A DNA stretch of 64,000 bases, from positions 138-64,137 of the forward strand of contig CAIOVE010000065.1 in NCBI GenBank assembly GCA_903861645.1, read 5' to 3'. This DNA comes from an uncultured Hyphomicrobiales bacterium (GTDB lineage: Bacteria; Pseudomonadota; Alphaproteobacteria; Rhizobiales; Beijerinckiaceae). A program made the translations under genes and the position numbers. The number at the start of each line of letters is the position of its first letter. Position 1 is the stretch's first letter. Positions 1 through 9,632 of the stretch are shown in pieces. The notes under the pieces are model-generated. The model did not search any database, was not told the origin of the DNA, and worked only from the letters and a program-made list of their open reading frames with translations.

Positions 1-406
1 GAACAAGCTCCCGCAAGATCGATTTGCGATCCGCGCGCAGCGCGCCCTCGGCGATGGGAACGAAGCGCTCCGCCGTGGCGGGCGAAACGCCATCGCCGTT
101 GAACACGCGAAAGCCCTTGTCGGTCACGACGACATCGCCGCGCCGCAATGTGTCATCCGCGATGAAGTCCTCGACGCGCCCCTTCGGGATCGCCGGCTCG
201 GCCTTTCGCGCCGCGGCGCGCGCGATCGTGTCGAGCCGCGCCTCCTCCGCGAAGGCCGCGTTGGCGCGGCGCGCGGCCTCGACGCGCGCGCTCCACGCCT
301 CGCGCGAGGGATTGGGCTCGTCGGTTTGGGCGCGCGCGCACCCGCCGGCGACCGCCAGACAAACAGTCAGGCGCGTGAGCCAGGGGATCGCGGCGTGGAG
401 GGTCAT
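1..406 (-). CDS. Exported hypothetical protein, truncated by the window edge
   Basis: Manual translation from ATG 406: MTLHAAIPWLTRLTVCLAVAGGCARAQ... (signal-peptide-like), later DDTLRRGDVVVTDKGFRVFNG; open to position 2; not in the supplied ORF track. Confidence 0.65.
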   Translation of the reverse strand, partial: MTLHAAIPWLTRLTVCLAVAGGCARAQTDEPNPSREAWSARVEAARRANAAFAEEARLDTIARAAARKAEPAIPKGRVEDFIADDTLRRGDVVVTDKGFRVFNGDGVSPATAERFVPIAEGALRADRKSILRELV

Positions 407-472
407 GCGAAAAAGGTCGCCCTTGCCGGGCGACCTGTCAATGAATGAATACCGGCGCGAACGGACCAGCGA

Positions 473-3400
473 TCAAAGGCTCGAAATCTTGCCCTTCGCC
501 GGCGGCTTGACCATCGAGGGCAAGGATGGCTTCGGCTCGGCGCGCGAGGTCTGGGCGTCCCAGCCGCCGGGCGGCTGCGAAACCTCGTTGGCGGCCCGGA
601 TGCTGGCGCGCGGATGGAACGCCGCGACGATGGCTTTCGCCTCGGCCAGTTGCTTGCTGTCGAGCCGGGCGCCGACGTCTTCCTGTTTCTTGGCGGCGTC
701 GCTGTCGCCCTGCGCGGCGGCGATGGCGAACCACGCCCACGACTTGGTCAGGCTCTGCTCGACCCCAAGGCCGCGCGCGTAGAGGATCGCCAGATTGTAC
801 TGGCTGTCGCGCACGCCATAGTCGGCGGCCTGCTGGAACCACGCGGCCGCGGTCGGGTAGTCGGGCTTGCCATCGGCGCCCTCGGCGCTCAGCACGGCCA
901 TGTTGTGCATCGCGCGGATATTGCCGGCCTCGGCGGCGCGCGCGTACCATTCGCGCGCCTTGGGAATGTTGCGCTCGCCGGCCGCGCCGCGCTCGTAGAT
1001 CGAGCCGAGGCGATAGGCGGCTGGCGCGAGGTTCTGCCGCGCGGCGCGGGTCAGCCACTCGATCGCCTGGCTGGGGTCGCGCACGACCACGCGTCCATCG
1101 GCGAAGCGCGTGCCTAATTCATATTGAGCGCTGGCGTCGCCGTTGGCGGCGGCGACCTGCAAACCGCCGGCCTTCGACGGGCCGGCGTTCGGCGGCTCGA
1201 TCGAGCTGACGGGCGCCGGGTCGGTCGCCGGCCGCGCCGCGGCGGATTTAGCGCTGGCCGCGGGCGTTTCGAGCGTCGCGCCCTGCTTTTTGTCTGGGGT
1301 CGCCGGAACCACGGCGGCGGGCGGCGTGGCCTCTGGCGTCACGCGCTCCGGCGTTTTCGCCGTCGTCTGGTCGACCGTTTCAAGTTGCGAGGTCGCCGGG
1401 AGGAAGCGTTTCGACAGTTGCCACGAGCCGAAGGCCACGAAGCCGGCCGCGACAAGGAAGATGATCGGGTATTTGCGGTCGCCAACAAGGTTCACCACCT
1501 TGCCAGCGACGCCGCTGGCGATGCGTTGGCGCGTTTCGCCCTGCGCTTCGGTGGAATTCGCCCAGGCCTTCTGGGCGGCCTCCGCGCGGGCGCGCGCCTC
1601 GGCCTGTTTCTTGTCGACGGCGGCGCCTTCCTTCTGGCGCGCGGCCTTGCTGGTCTTGGCGTCCTTGGCCGACGCGGCCGCGACGGCCTCGCCATTGGCC
1701 TGGGCGGCGCGACGCGCGGCGTCGAGCAGGCGGCGCGCCTCGCTCGCCGGCGGCGCCACGGACGGCGCGCCCTGCCGGTCGGCGCGGGTCGCGGCCGGCG
1801 CCAGCGGCGGCGGGGGCGTCTCCGCCTCGTCGTCATCCGTGCTTTCGTCGAACAAGGAACTGGCGACGGCGGGTCCGGCGCGGCTTTCGTCGAGCGGGCG
1901 TGGCGGGCGCACCATCGGCGCGCTGGCCTCGAACAGGGGGGGCTGGGCTTGCGGCGCGGGCGCGGCGGGCGCGAACACGGGCGCGTCGCCGGTCGCCAGC
2001 ATCGAGCCGGAGCGGCCGTCGCCAACCTCGTCCTCAAGCACGGCGATACGGTCGACGACCTTTTCAAGCGTCTCGTGCACGGCGGTGAGGGTCGAATGGG
2101 TCCGGCGGTCGATCGACTGCTGCATGTCGCGCAGTTCGGCGATTTCGCGCGTGATGGCGCCTGGCGCGGCGTCGCCCGCGGACTGCGTGACAGGCAGCCG
2201 GGCCAGCGCCTCGCTGATGGTCATCTGCGCCGCGCTGCGGGCGGCGGTTTCGGCCGCGTCGACCGCGAGATGGCGGGCGTCCTCGATGCGGTGCGACAGC
2301 TCCGTGATGGCGCTTTCCATCGAGCCGAGGACGCGCCGCCCGTCGTCCACCTTGTCGAGACGCTCCTCGATCGCGGCGAAATGGGCGCGCAGATCGGGTA
2401 GGCCAGCGGGCTCCCCGATCGCGGCCGGGGCCGCGGGCGCCATGTCCATGCGCGCCGCCAGTTGGGCGATGTCGCGACGGATGTCGTCGAACACGTCGGC
2501 GTCGACGCTCGACTTGCCGAGCGCCTCCATGGCGCGCGAGAGATTGGAAACCTCGCCGCGCAAATCCTCGATGACCCGTGCGTCGACCCCGCCCAACGCC
2601 GTGTCGAACTGGGCGCCAACCGCCTTGATCATCCTTTCGATGTGGCTCGTGTCGATCGCCGCGGAGGCTTGCGCGGCGGGCGCCGGGCGCTCGAGCTTGG
2701 CGGCGATGTCGCGCATCATGTTTTCGAGCGCGCTGGTGTCCACTGGCTCGACGCGGGTCGCCAGCGTCGATTGCACGTCGTCCATGCGCCGGACGAGGTC
2801 GTCGATCTGGTTGGACGCGCCCGCCTGCGTGACGGCGTCGTCGATCTTGCGACCGAGGTCGTCGATGCGCTTGGCGAGCAATTCGATCATGCCCATCGGC
2901 GCGCCTGGTTCGCCCGCGGCGCTGGCGGTCGCGTCATCGGCGGTCGCGGCGTCGGTCCGATCCAGGCGATCGGCCAGCCGCGCGATCTGGCGCTCCACCG
3001 TTTCGGTCGCCGGCGGGGACATGATCGCCTTTTGCAGGAGATCGCGGATGTCGCGCGTCTGCGCGTGGATCTCGCCAACCGCGCGCATGTCGATGGCGCC
3101 GTCGCGGCCATGTTCGATCTTGGCGCCAAGCTCGCGGATCGCGCGTTCGATGTTGGCGACGCCGCTGGCCGGGGCGAGTTCCGTCACGGCCCGGCGCAGG
3201 TCGGCGGTCATGTCGGCGATGGGTCGCAGGATCGCGTCCTGCGTGCCCATCCGCATCGAGCTCTCGATGTTCTGTCCGAGCGCGCGCACGGCGCCCTCGA
3301 GCGAAACGACATCCTGACGCGGCGCGAGATCGCCGAGGGATCGCGCCATTTCGTCGATGCGACGACGCAGCGAGTCGAATTCCGGCGCGCTCTGGTCGGC

Positions 3401-4735
3401 GTTTTTCGCCTGTCGCTCGATGCGGCCGACGATGGTCCGCTGGGTTTCCTCGAGACGATGGCCAAGCGCGGCGATCTCGGCCTTCATCGCGCCGACGGCG
3501 GGGTCGACTTGGGCGGGCGTGTCGCGCAGATCGCGCGCCTGTCGCTCGATGCGGCTGACGATGGCCTGCTGGGTTTCCTCGAGGCGGCGGCCAAGCAGGC
3601 CGATTTCGGCCTTGAGCGAGGCGACCGCGGGATCGGGCTGCGCCGCCGGCGCGGGACGCGGCGCCTCGCGCAGGGCGAGAATTTGATGCGTTTCGTCGAG
3701 CTTGCGCGCCAGTTGCGCGACGTCGTCGCGCAATGCGTTGACGGTTGGATCGGGCTGGTGCTGGCGCGCGGACGGCGCGTCATGCTCGACCTCGAAGCGC
3801 GCTCCGGCGAGGGGCGCTCCGTCGAGTTCGCGCTGGCGCCGTGAAATCTGGGCGATGGCGTCGTTCAGGCGTGGCGCGCCGGCGGGCGCGACGCGAACGG
3901 GCGTCTCGGCGCGGCGGCCGAGGGTCGGCGCGGCGATGGAAGCCTGTCGCGAGGACGGCTCCGTGGCGCGCGCCGGCGCGGCGTTCAGCGTGTCGATCAG
4001 ACGGTTCAGTTTCGATTCGATGCGACCGATGTCGTCGGTGGGCGCGACCGGGGTCGCCGACCCGCGACCACCCTCCATCCGTCCAGCCATTTCCTCGAGG
4101 CGGCGTTCAAGGCCGCGCAACGATCGTTCGGATTTCTCGGCTTCCTTGTCGCGCGTCAGCGCCTCGAGCCGCGCGATCTTCTCGACCTCCCGCGTGTCGT
4201 GGCGGGTGTCGGGCTCTTCCGCGGGCCGCGCGAGGCGGTATTCGATTTCCTCGAGCTTGCGCGCCACGTGCGACATGGCGGCGTTGCTTTTGTCGCCGCG
4301 GCTCGCGCCGCGTTCGTAGGCGCGGATCGCGGCGTCCAGCAGCGCCTCGGGATTGGCGACGGAATCGCGCGGATAGTCCTCGTCGGCGAAGCGATCGCGT
4401 CGCGGACGATCAAAGGAGGTTTCACGGACGGGAAGACGGGGGCGCGACCCCGCGCGATCGCGACGGGCGGGCGTTTCGTCGTCGTCATAGGCGTCGCCGC
4501 GGCGGGCGGGCCGGCGTCCGCGTCCTTGCAGGCTGGCCAGTCGCGCGGTGACGGCTTCCAGCCTGCCATCCTCGTCGACATCCTCGACGGGCACGCCAAG
4601 GTCGCGCGCCTGTTCCGAAATCACGTCATTGAGCCATTCGCCGAGGGACATGCCGGCGCGTCGCGCCGCCTCCCGCGCCGCGTCCCGCGCGTCGAAATCG
4701 ACGCCTTTAATGCTCCAGGGAGCCGCCTTGTTCAT
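473..4735 (-). CDS. podJ: Polar organelle development / localisation factor PodJ (coiled coil, TM, Sel1 repeats)
   Basis: N-terminal PWSIKGVDFDARDAAREAARRAGMSLGEWLN signature, long coiled coil, one TM segment (YPIIFLVAAGFVAFGSW), Sel1 repeats (AQYELG, AAYRLG, AMHNMA, SQYNLA). Confidence 0.85.
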   Translation of the reverse strand: MNKAAPWSIKGVDFDARDAAREAARRAGMSLGEWLNDVISEQARDLGVPVEDVDEDGRLEAVTARLASLQGRGRRPARRGDAYDDDETPARRDRAGSRPRLPVRETSFDRPRRDRFADEDYPRDSVANPEALLDAAIRAYERGASRGDKSNAAMSHVARKLEEIEYRLARPAEEPDTRHDTREVEKIARLEALTRDKEAEKSERSLRGLERRLEEMAGRMEGGRGSATPVAPTDDIGRIESKLNRLIDTLNAAPARATEPSSRQASIAAPTLGRRAETPVRVAPAGAPRLNDAIAQISRRQRELDGAPLAGARFEVEHDAPSARQHQPDPTVNALRDDVAQLARKLDETHQILALREAPRPAPAAQPDPAVASLKAEIGLLGRRLEETQQAIVSRIERQARDLRDTPAQVDPAVGAMKAEIAALGHRLEETQRTIVGRIERQAKNADQSAPEFDSLRRRIDEMARSLGDLAPRQDVVSLEGAVRALGQNIESSMRMGTQDAILRPIADMTADLRRAVTELAPASGVANIERAIRELGAKIEHGRDGAIDMRAVGEIHAQTRDIRDLLQKAIMSPPATETVERQIARLADRLDRTDAATADDATASAAGEPGAPMGMIELLAKRIDDLGRKIDDAVTQAGASNQIDDLVRRMDDVQSTLATRVEPVDTSALENMMRDIAAKLERPAPAAQASAAIDTSHIERMIKAVGAQFDTALGGVDARVIEDLRGEVSNLSRAMEALGKSSVDADVFDDIRRDIAQLAARMDMAPAAPAAIGEPAGLPDLRAHFAAIEERLDKVDDGRRVLGSMESAITELSHRIEDARHLAVDAAETAARSAAQMTISEALARLPVTQSAGDAAPGAITREIAELRDMQQSIDRRTHSTLTAVHETLEKVVDRIAVLEDEVGDGRSGSMLATGDAPVFAPAAPAPQAQPPLFEASAPMVRPPRPLDESRAGPAVASSLFDESTDDDEAETPPPPLAPAATRADRQGAPSVAPPASEARRLLDAARRAAQANGEAVAAASAKDAKTSKAARQKEGAAVDKKQAEARARAEAAQKAWANSTEAQGETRQRIASGVAGKVVNLVGDRKYPIIFLVAAGFVAFGSWQLSKRFLPATSQLETVDQTTAKTPERVTPEATPPAAVVPATPDKKQGATLETPAASAKSAAARPATDPAPVSSIEPPNAGPSKAGGLQVAAANGDASAQYELGTRFADGRVVVRDPSQAIEWLTRAARQNLAPAAYRLGSIYERGAAGERNIPKAREWYARAAEAGNIRAMHNMAVLSAEGADGKPDYPTAAAWFQQAADYGVRDSQYNLAILYARGLGVEQSLTKSWAWFAIAAAQGDSDAAKKQEDVGARLDSKQLAEAKAIVAAFHPRASIRAANEVSQPPGGWDAQTSRAEPKPSLPSMVKPPAKGKISSL
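3400..3751 (-). repeat. Three tandem 39-43 aa repeats inside PodJ
   Basis: DPTVNALRDDVAQLARKLDETHQ / DPAVASLKAEIGLLGRRLEETQQ / DPAVGAMKAEIAALGHRLEETQR start at 3751, 3634, 3505; identical DNA blocks 129 nt apart. Confidence 0.85.
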
Positions 4736-4847
4736 GTCGCGTCCGAAACGGAAAGACCAAAAGAGACTGCCATGAACGCGGCGGTAAAATGCGAATCACT
4801 ACCGCCTTGTTCGTAGCATCGCCGAAACGGACTTTCGAGCCGACATG

Positions 4848-4915
4848 GTAAACACCGCGTTAAGACTGACCGATTTCGGCACAAATCGCTTAACGCGGAG
4901 TAAGGTTGTGTTTAA
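4848..4915. promoter_or_regulatory. CtrA-like sites and 10-bp inverted repeat in the podJ/MerR divergent promoter
   Basis: Minus strand 4863-4848 reads TTAA-cgcggtg-TTTAC (1 mismatch to TTAA-N7-TTAAC); CCGCGTTAAG (4855-4864) and CTTAACGCGG (4889-4898) are a perfect inverted repeat; GANTC at 4793-4797. Confidence 0.6.
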
Positions 4916-5027
4916 TATTTTATACACTTTTTAGTTGCATTTTCCCTCTTTCCGACTTTCAATCGTCTCGAACGGGGCGATTCGCGGCGACCGCGGCGAA
5001 GCTCCCGAGCGACAGGTGGAGCGGACA

Positions 5028-5480
5028 ATGCGGACTGGCGGCGCGGCTACCCATGCGGTGGCGGATGCATCGACGGAATTTCTGACGATCGGCGAGATAG
5101 CCGCGCGATATCAGGTCACCATGCGGGCCTTGCGATTTTACGAGGATCGCGGCCTGCTTTCGCCCCGGCGGATCGACGGGGCCCGGTTTTACGATTCCGC
5201 CGCGACGCGGCAGCTCGAAACCATCCTCAAGGGCAAGCGCCTCGGGTTCAGCCTGACTGAAATCAGGGAACGCGCGCGCGCGGGGCGGCGGGGCGACGCG
5301 GCGGATCTGGCGCTGGGGCCGGAACAGGTCAGCGCCCAGATCGAACTCCTGCATCGTCAGCGCACCGGCATTGAGCGGGCCATCGACGAGTTGCAGGCGA
5401 CGCTGCGCGCGATGCGCGGCCCCGACGACGAAGCGCCGAGGGTTGAATGCGACGCGCCGGGCGAGCGGCATTTCGCCTGA
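5028..5480 (+). CDS. MerR-family transcriptional regulator
   Basis: TIGEIAARYQVTMRALRFYEDRGLLSP...GKRLGFSLTEI HTH; ATG 5028 after GGTGGAG. Confidence 0.9.
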   Translation: MRTGGAATHAVADASTEFLTIGEIAARYQVTMRALRFYEDRGLLSPRRIDGARFYDSAATRQLETILKGKRLGFSLTEIRERARAGRRGDAADLALGPEQVSAQIELLHRQRTGIERAIDELQATLRAMRGPDDEAPRVECDAPGERHFA

Positions 5481-5687
5481 AGTCGGAAGGTCGTCGCCAT
5501 TCGGCGTTATTGCCGCCTATTTTATACGCAACCAATGGGTTTTCTTAATACTTTCGACACGCGGCGCGTGTAGCTTCGTTAATAGCGCGCCATGTTTCCC
5601 GATCATCGCGCGCTTGGGCGCTTGGACTTGGAAGGATCGAACTAGGCTCGATCAGCGCGCGGGGCATTGGCGTCAGGCGGCATTCAA

Positions 5688-6602
5688 ATGGTCAAATATC
5701 GAAACATCCTGTTCGGTTTGTCCCTTCTCGCCGCGGGCGTATGGGTCGGAACCGTGCTTCAGTCCGCGCATCAGGCCACCAACACCGGCTCGGGTTTCGA
5801 GCCGCGATTGCCCGCGTCTCAATCCATGGCCGGCAAATCCGATGAACCGGCGATTGCCGCTCCCGTGGGGCCAAGCCCGCAGTTCAACGCCGTGCTCGAT
5901 TATGCCGGCGTCGGGCTTCTGGGCGTCCTTGTCGTCGGATGTGTCGCCTTCGCCGCGCGGTTGACGAACCGCCGACGCGCGCCACGGGTCGCGTCCTCGG
6001 AACAATCGTCCGCCGCCGTCGTGCTCGCCGAACAGCCCGCGAACGCCAACCACGCCAGCCACGAAGCGCTCGAATATCAGAGGGTGCCGCGCGAGCTCGC
6101 GCACAATCCCTATGGCGCGGAGGGCGCGCATCTGTCCTTCGACGAACGCGTGCGCATCGCCGCGCTGGGCTCCGTGCAGGCTGGCCGCGTCATTGGCGCG
6201 ATCCAGTTCAAGCTCGCGCCGATGCTCGAGCCGGGCGACGAGGACGTGAAGCCCGACCTGAGCCCCATCGCCCATCTGGCCGAACGCTTGGCGCGCAACC
6301 TGCGCCGGAGCGATGGCGTGCGCGTGCTGGGTCCAGACGAGATCGTGATTTTCGTGTCGCTGCTGTCGCGCCGGCGCGAACTCGAGGATATTTCGCTGCG
6401 TCTTCGCCGCGTGCTGGTGAAGGAAGGCCTGGGCGATCAGATTCTCCACAACGGAATCGCGATGTATCCGCTCGATGGCTATACCTGCGGGGAGATGATC
6501 GAGGCAGCCCGCGCGCATCCGGACCTGTTGCCGCCGGCGCCGGCGACCGGCGCCACAACCCTCGCGGGGCCAACCACGCACGCGATCGGCCTTCAGGGCT
6601 GA
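5688..6602 (+). CDS. Membrane-anchored degenerate GGDEF-domain protein
   Basis: Two hydrophobic segments, then RRSD-GVRVL-GPDEIVIFV and NGIAMYPLDG...EMIEAA, typical of the GGDEF fold. Confidence 0.7.
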   Translation: MVKYRNILFGLSLLAAGVWVGTVLQSAHQATNTGSGFEPRLPASQSMAGKSDEPAIAAPVGPSPQFNAVLDYAGVGLLGVLVVGCVAFAARLTNRRRAPRVASSEQSSAAVVLAEQPANANHASHEALEYQRVPRELAHNPYGAEGAHLSFDERVRIAALGSVQAGRVIGAIQFKLAPMLEPGDEDVKPDLSPIAHLAERLARNLRRSDGVRVLGPDEIVIFVSLLSRRRELEDISLRLRRVLVKEGLGDQILHNGIAMYPLDGYTCGEMIEAARAHPDLLPPAPATGATTLAGPTTHAIGLQG

Positions 6603-6656
6603 CGACGTCGACCGCGATCGCCGATTGACATCGCCGATGCGGCGCGCGGGGCTGGC

Positions 6657-7712
6657 ATGGCCGGCGCGAGTGATTATCTTGCGGCGATGTCCCTGTCCGA
6701 CGTGCTGACAATCGCCCCCGCCGGCCTCTATTGCCCGGCCGGCGATTTTTACATCGACCCCCTGCGACCGGTCGCCCGCGCCCTGATCACCCATGGGCAC
6801 GCCGACCACGCGCGCGCCGGGCACGGCGCCGTGCTGGCGACGCGCGAGACGCTCGACATCATGGCGCTGCGGTATGGCGAAAAATTCGCCGCGTCGCGAC
6901 AGGCGATGGCGCCGGGCGAACGAATTACGCTCGGCGACGTCGCGATCAGCTTCCATCCGGCGGGTCATGTGTTGGGCTCGGCCCAGATTCTCGTCGAGTC
7001 CAAAGGCTATCGTGTCGTCGTCTCCGGCGATTACAAGCGCGCCCGCGATCCGACCTGCGCGCCGTTCGAGCCCGTGCGCTGTCATGCCTTCGTTTCCGAG
7101 GCGACTTTCGGTCTGCCGGTGTTCCGCCACCCCGACGCGGCGGGCGAGGTTGATCGCTTGCTGCGCTCCATCGCGCTGTTTTCCGATCGCGCGCACATGG
7201 TTGGCGTCTATTCGCTTGGCAAGGCGCAGCGCGTCATGGCGCTGTTGCGCGAGGCCGGGTGGGAGCGGCCGCTGTATATCCATGGCGCGCTGGAAAAAAT
7301 CACCGACTATTACGCCCGCGCGGGCGCGCCGCTTGGCGAGATCAGGAAGGTTTCCGCCGCGGATCGCGCGACGCTCGCCGGCGAAATCACCCTCTGTCCG
7401 CCGTCATCCCTTCAGGATGTCTGGTCGCGCAAGTTCCCCGATCCCGTCACGGCGGTCGCGTCCGGCTGGATGCGCATTCGCGCCTTCGCCCGTCAGCGTG
7501 GCGCGCAACTGCCGCTGGCAATATCCGATCACGCGGACTGGGACGATCTGCGCGCCACGATTCTCGAAACCGGTTGCGAAAGTCTCTGGGTGACCCACGG
7601 CGCCGAGGACGCGCTCGTTCATTGGGCCGGCGGACAAGGCATCGACGCGCGACCATTGCGCCTCGTGGGCTATGGCGAGGGCGACGAGGAAACCGCGGAG
7701 GGCCCCGCGTGA
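6657..7712 (+). CDS. Ligase-associated DNA damage response exonuclease (MBL fold)
   Basis: ITHGHADHARAGH, PAGHVLGSAQ, SGDYK, SEATFGLPVF, SDHADW, VTHG motifs; start may be ATG 6687. Confidence 0.92.
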   Translation: MAGASDYLAAMSLSDVLTIAPAGLYCPAGDFYIDPLRPVARALITHGHADHARAGHGAVLATRETLDIMALRYGEKFAASRQAMAPGERITLGDVAISFHPAGHVLGSAQILVESKGYRVVVSGDYKRARDPTCAPFEPVRCHAFVSEATFGLPVFRHPDAAGEVDRLLRSIALFSDRAHMVGVYSLGKAQRVMALLREAGWERPLYIHGALEKITDYYARAGAPLGEIRKVSAADRATLAGEITLCPPSSLQDVWSRKFPDPVTAVASGWMRIRAFARQRGAQLPLAISDHADWDDLRATILETGCESLWVTHGAEDALVHWAGGQGIDARPLRLVGYGEGDEETAEGPA

Positions 7713-9343
7713 ACCGTTTCGCCGCCTTGCTTGACCGTCTCGCGCTGGAGCCCTCGCGCAATAACAAGTTGCGCGTGCTCGCGGCCTATTTCCGCGAGAC
7801 GCCGGATTCCGATCGCGGCCTCGCGCTCGCCGCCATGACGGGCGCGCTGGCCGTCGCCAGTATTCGTCCCGCCACCGTGCGCGCGCTGATCGCCGAGCGC
7901 GTCGACCCCGAACTCTTCGCGCTCTCGTATGATTTCGTTGGCGACCTCTCCGAGACCGTCGCGCTGATGTGGCCCGTCGATCCCGCGCGCCATCACAATC
8001 GCGCGCCCGCGCCCTCGCTTTCGGCCATCGTCGAAACCTTGCGGGCGACCGGCAAGCGCGACGCGCCGGCGCGGCTGGCGGGTTTCCTCGACGATCTCGA
8101 CGAGACCGGCCGCTGGGCGTTGTTGAAACTGCTCACCGGCGCGCTGCGCATCGGCGTTTCCGCGCGCCTCGCCAAGACCGCCGTCGCCGCCTTGGGCGAT
8201 GTTTCCATCGAGGATGTCGAGGAAGTCTGGCACGGACTCGCGCCACCCTACGCCGAATTGTTCGCATGGGCCGAGGGACGCGGTCCGCGGCCCGTCAGCG
8301 ACGACCCCGCGCCGTTCCGCGCGCCCATGCTCGCGCACGCCTTGACTCCCGCCGACATGGAGGCGCTCGACCCGCGCGATTACATCGCCGAATGGAAATG
8401 GGATGGCGTGCGCGTTCAGGCGGCCGTCGTCGACCGCGCGGATGGCGCGCGCGTCGCGCGGCTTTATTCGCGCGCCGGCGAGGACATGAGCGGCGCCTTT
8501 CCCGACATGATCGAGGCGCTGCTGGCGTCAACATTTGTCAACGTGATTCTCGATGGCGAACTGCTCGTGCGCGACGGCGCCGCCATTCGCCCCTTCGCCG
8601 ATTTGCAGCAACGCCTCAATCGCAAGGCGCCCACGGCGAAAATGCTGCGCGACTTTCCACCGCTGTTGCGCGTCTACGATCTGCTGCTGGACGCGAGCGA
8701 GGATATTCGCGCGACGCCCTTCGCGGCGCGCAGACGGCGACTGGAAACGTTGATGCGCGAAAATCCCGGCGCCGCGTTCGATCTGTCGCCGCTCGTACCC
8801 TTCGCGTCGTTTGACGAACTGGCGGACATGCGGCGCGAAGGCCCGACGGCGACCGAGGGCGTCATGCTCAAGCGCGCCGACTCCGTCTATGTGACCGGGC
8901 GCCCCAAGGGCCCGTGGTGGAAGTGGAAGCGCGAGCCTTATAACGTTGACGCGGTGCTGATGTACGCGCAGCGCGGCCACGGCAAGCGCGCCTCGCTCTA
9001 TTCCGATTTCACCTTCGGCGTCTGGCGCGACGGCGATTTGTTGCCGGTCGGAAAGTCCTATTTCGGCTTCACCGACGCCGAGCTTTCGCAACTCGACAAA
9101 TGGGTGCGCGAGAACACGACCAACCGCTTCGGTCCCGTGCGCGAGGTGGCCCATGGCGCGGACGATGGCCTCGTGCTCGAAATCGCCTTCGAGGGATTGA
9201 ACCGCTCGACCCGGCACAAATCGGGACTGGCGATGCGCTTCCCGCGCATCGCCCGCATTCGCTGGGACAAGAAGGCCGGCGAGGCCGACGCCATCGCGGC
9301 GCTGGAGGCCCTGCTGCCCGCGCCGGCCGTTCAGCCGCCGTAG
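7709..9343 (+). CDS. ATP-dependent DNA ligase (cisplatin damage response type)
   Basis: EWKWDGVR motif I, LDGEL, EGVMLK, WWKWK, YAQRGHGKR, RFPRIARIRWDK; GTG 7709 overlaps the exonuclease stop (GTGA). Confidence 0.93.
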   Translation: MNRFAALLDRLALEPSRNNKLRVLAAYFRETPDSDRGLALAAMTGALAVASIRPATVRALIAERVDPELFALSYDFVGDLSETVALMWPVDPARHHNRAPAPSLSAIVETLRATGKRDAPARLAGFLDDLDETGRWALLKLLTGALRIGVSARLAKTAVAALGDVSIEDVEEVWHGLAPPYAELFAWAEGRGPRPVSDDPAPFRAPMLAHALTPADMEALDPRDYIAEWKWDGVRVQAAVVDRADGARVARLYSRAGEDMSGAFPDMIEALLASTFVNVILDGELLVRDGAAIRPFADLQQRLNRKAPTAKMLRDFPPLLRVYDLLLDASEDIRATPFAARRRRLETLMRENPGAAFDLSPLVPFASFDELADMRREGPTATEGVMLKRADSVYVTGRPKGPWWKWKREPYNVDAVLMYAQRGHGKRASLYSDFTFGVWRDGDLLPVGKSYFGFTDAELSQLDKWVRENTTNRFGPVREVAHGADDGLVLEIAFEGLNRSTRHKSGLAMRFPRIARIRWDKKAGEADAIAALEALLPAPAVQPP

Positions 9344-9621
9344 TTCTTCGTCAGGTAATCGGCGATGACCTTGGCGTCCGTGTCATTGATGTCGGCGCCG
9401 AAGGCCGCCTTCATCTTGGTGACTTCCGCCGTCCATGTCTTCGCGTCCATGAACGGCGAATTCATCAGCACGTAATCGAGGCTGTGGCAGGCCGCGCAAT
9501 TGTTTTGCACGGTGTCGACGCCTTCGCCGGGCTTCAACTTGATGGCGAATTCGTCGGCGCGCGCGGCGGCCCCCGCGAGACCCAGCGCGAGGGCGGCGAC
9601 GATGAGTCGTGAATGGTTCAT
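9331..9621 (-). CDS. sorB: Monoheme cytochrome c, SorB-type subunit
   Basis: Signal peptide, CAACHSLDY heme motif, WTAEVTKM..AFGA; directly downstream of sorA. Confidence 0.85.
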   Translation of the reverse strand: MNHSRLIVAALALGLAGAAARADEFAIKLKPGEGVDTVQNNCAACHSLDYVLMNSPFMDAKTWTAEVTKMKAAFGADINDTDAKVIADYLTKNYGG

Positions 9622-9632
9622 GGTCGTCTCCC

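Noticed and set aside
1124-3844. Long plus-strand ORFs (425-724 aa) opposite podJ
   Set aside because: Antisense shadows, low complexity, no RBS or motifs
5540-5585. Two TTAA half-sites upstream of the degenerate GGDEF gene as CtrA boxes
   Set aside because: Neither has a partner half-site at N7 spacing
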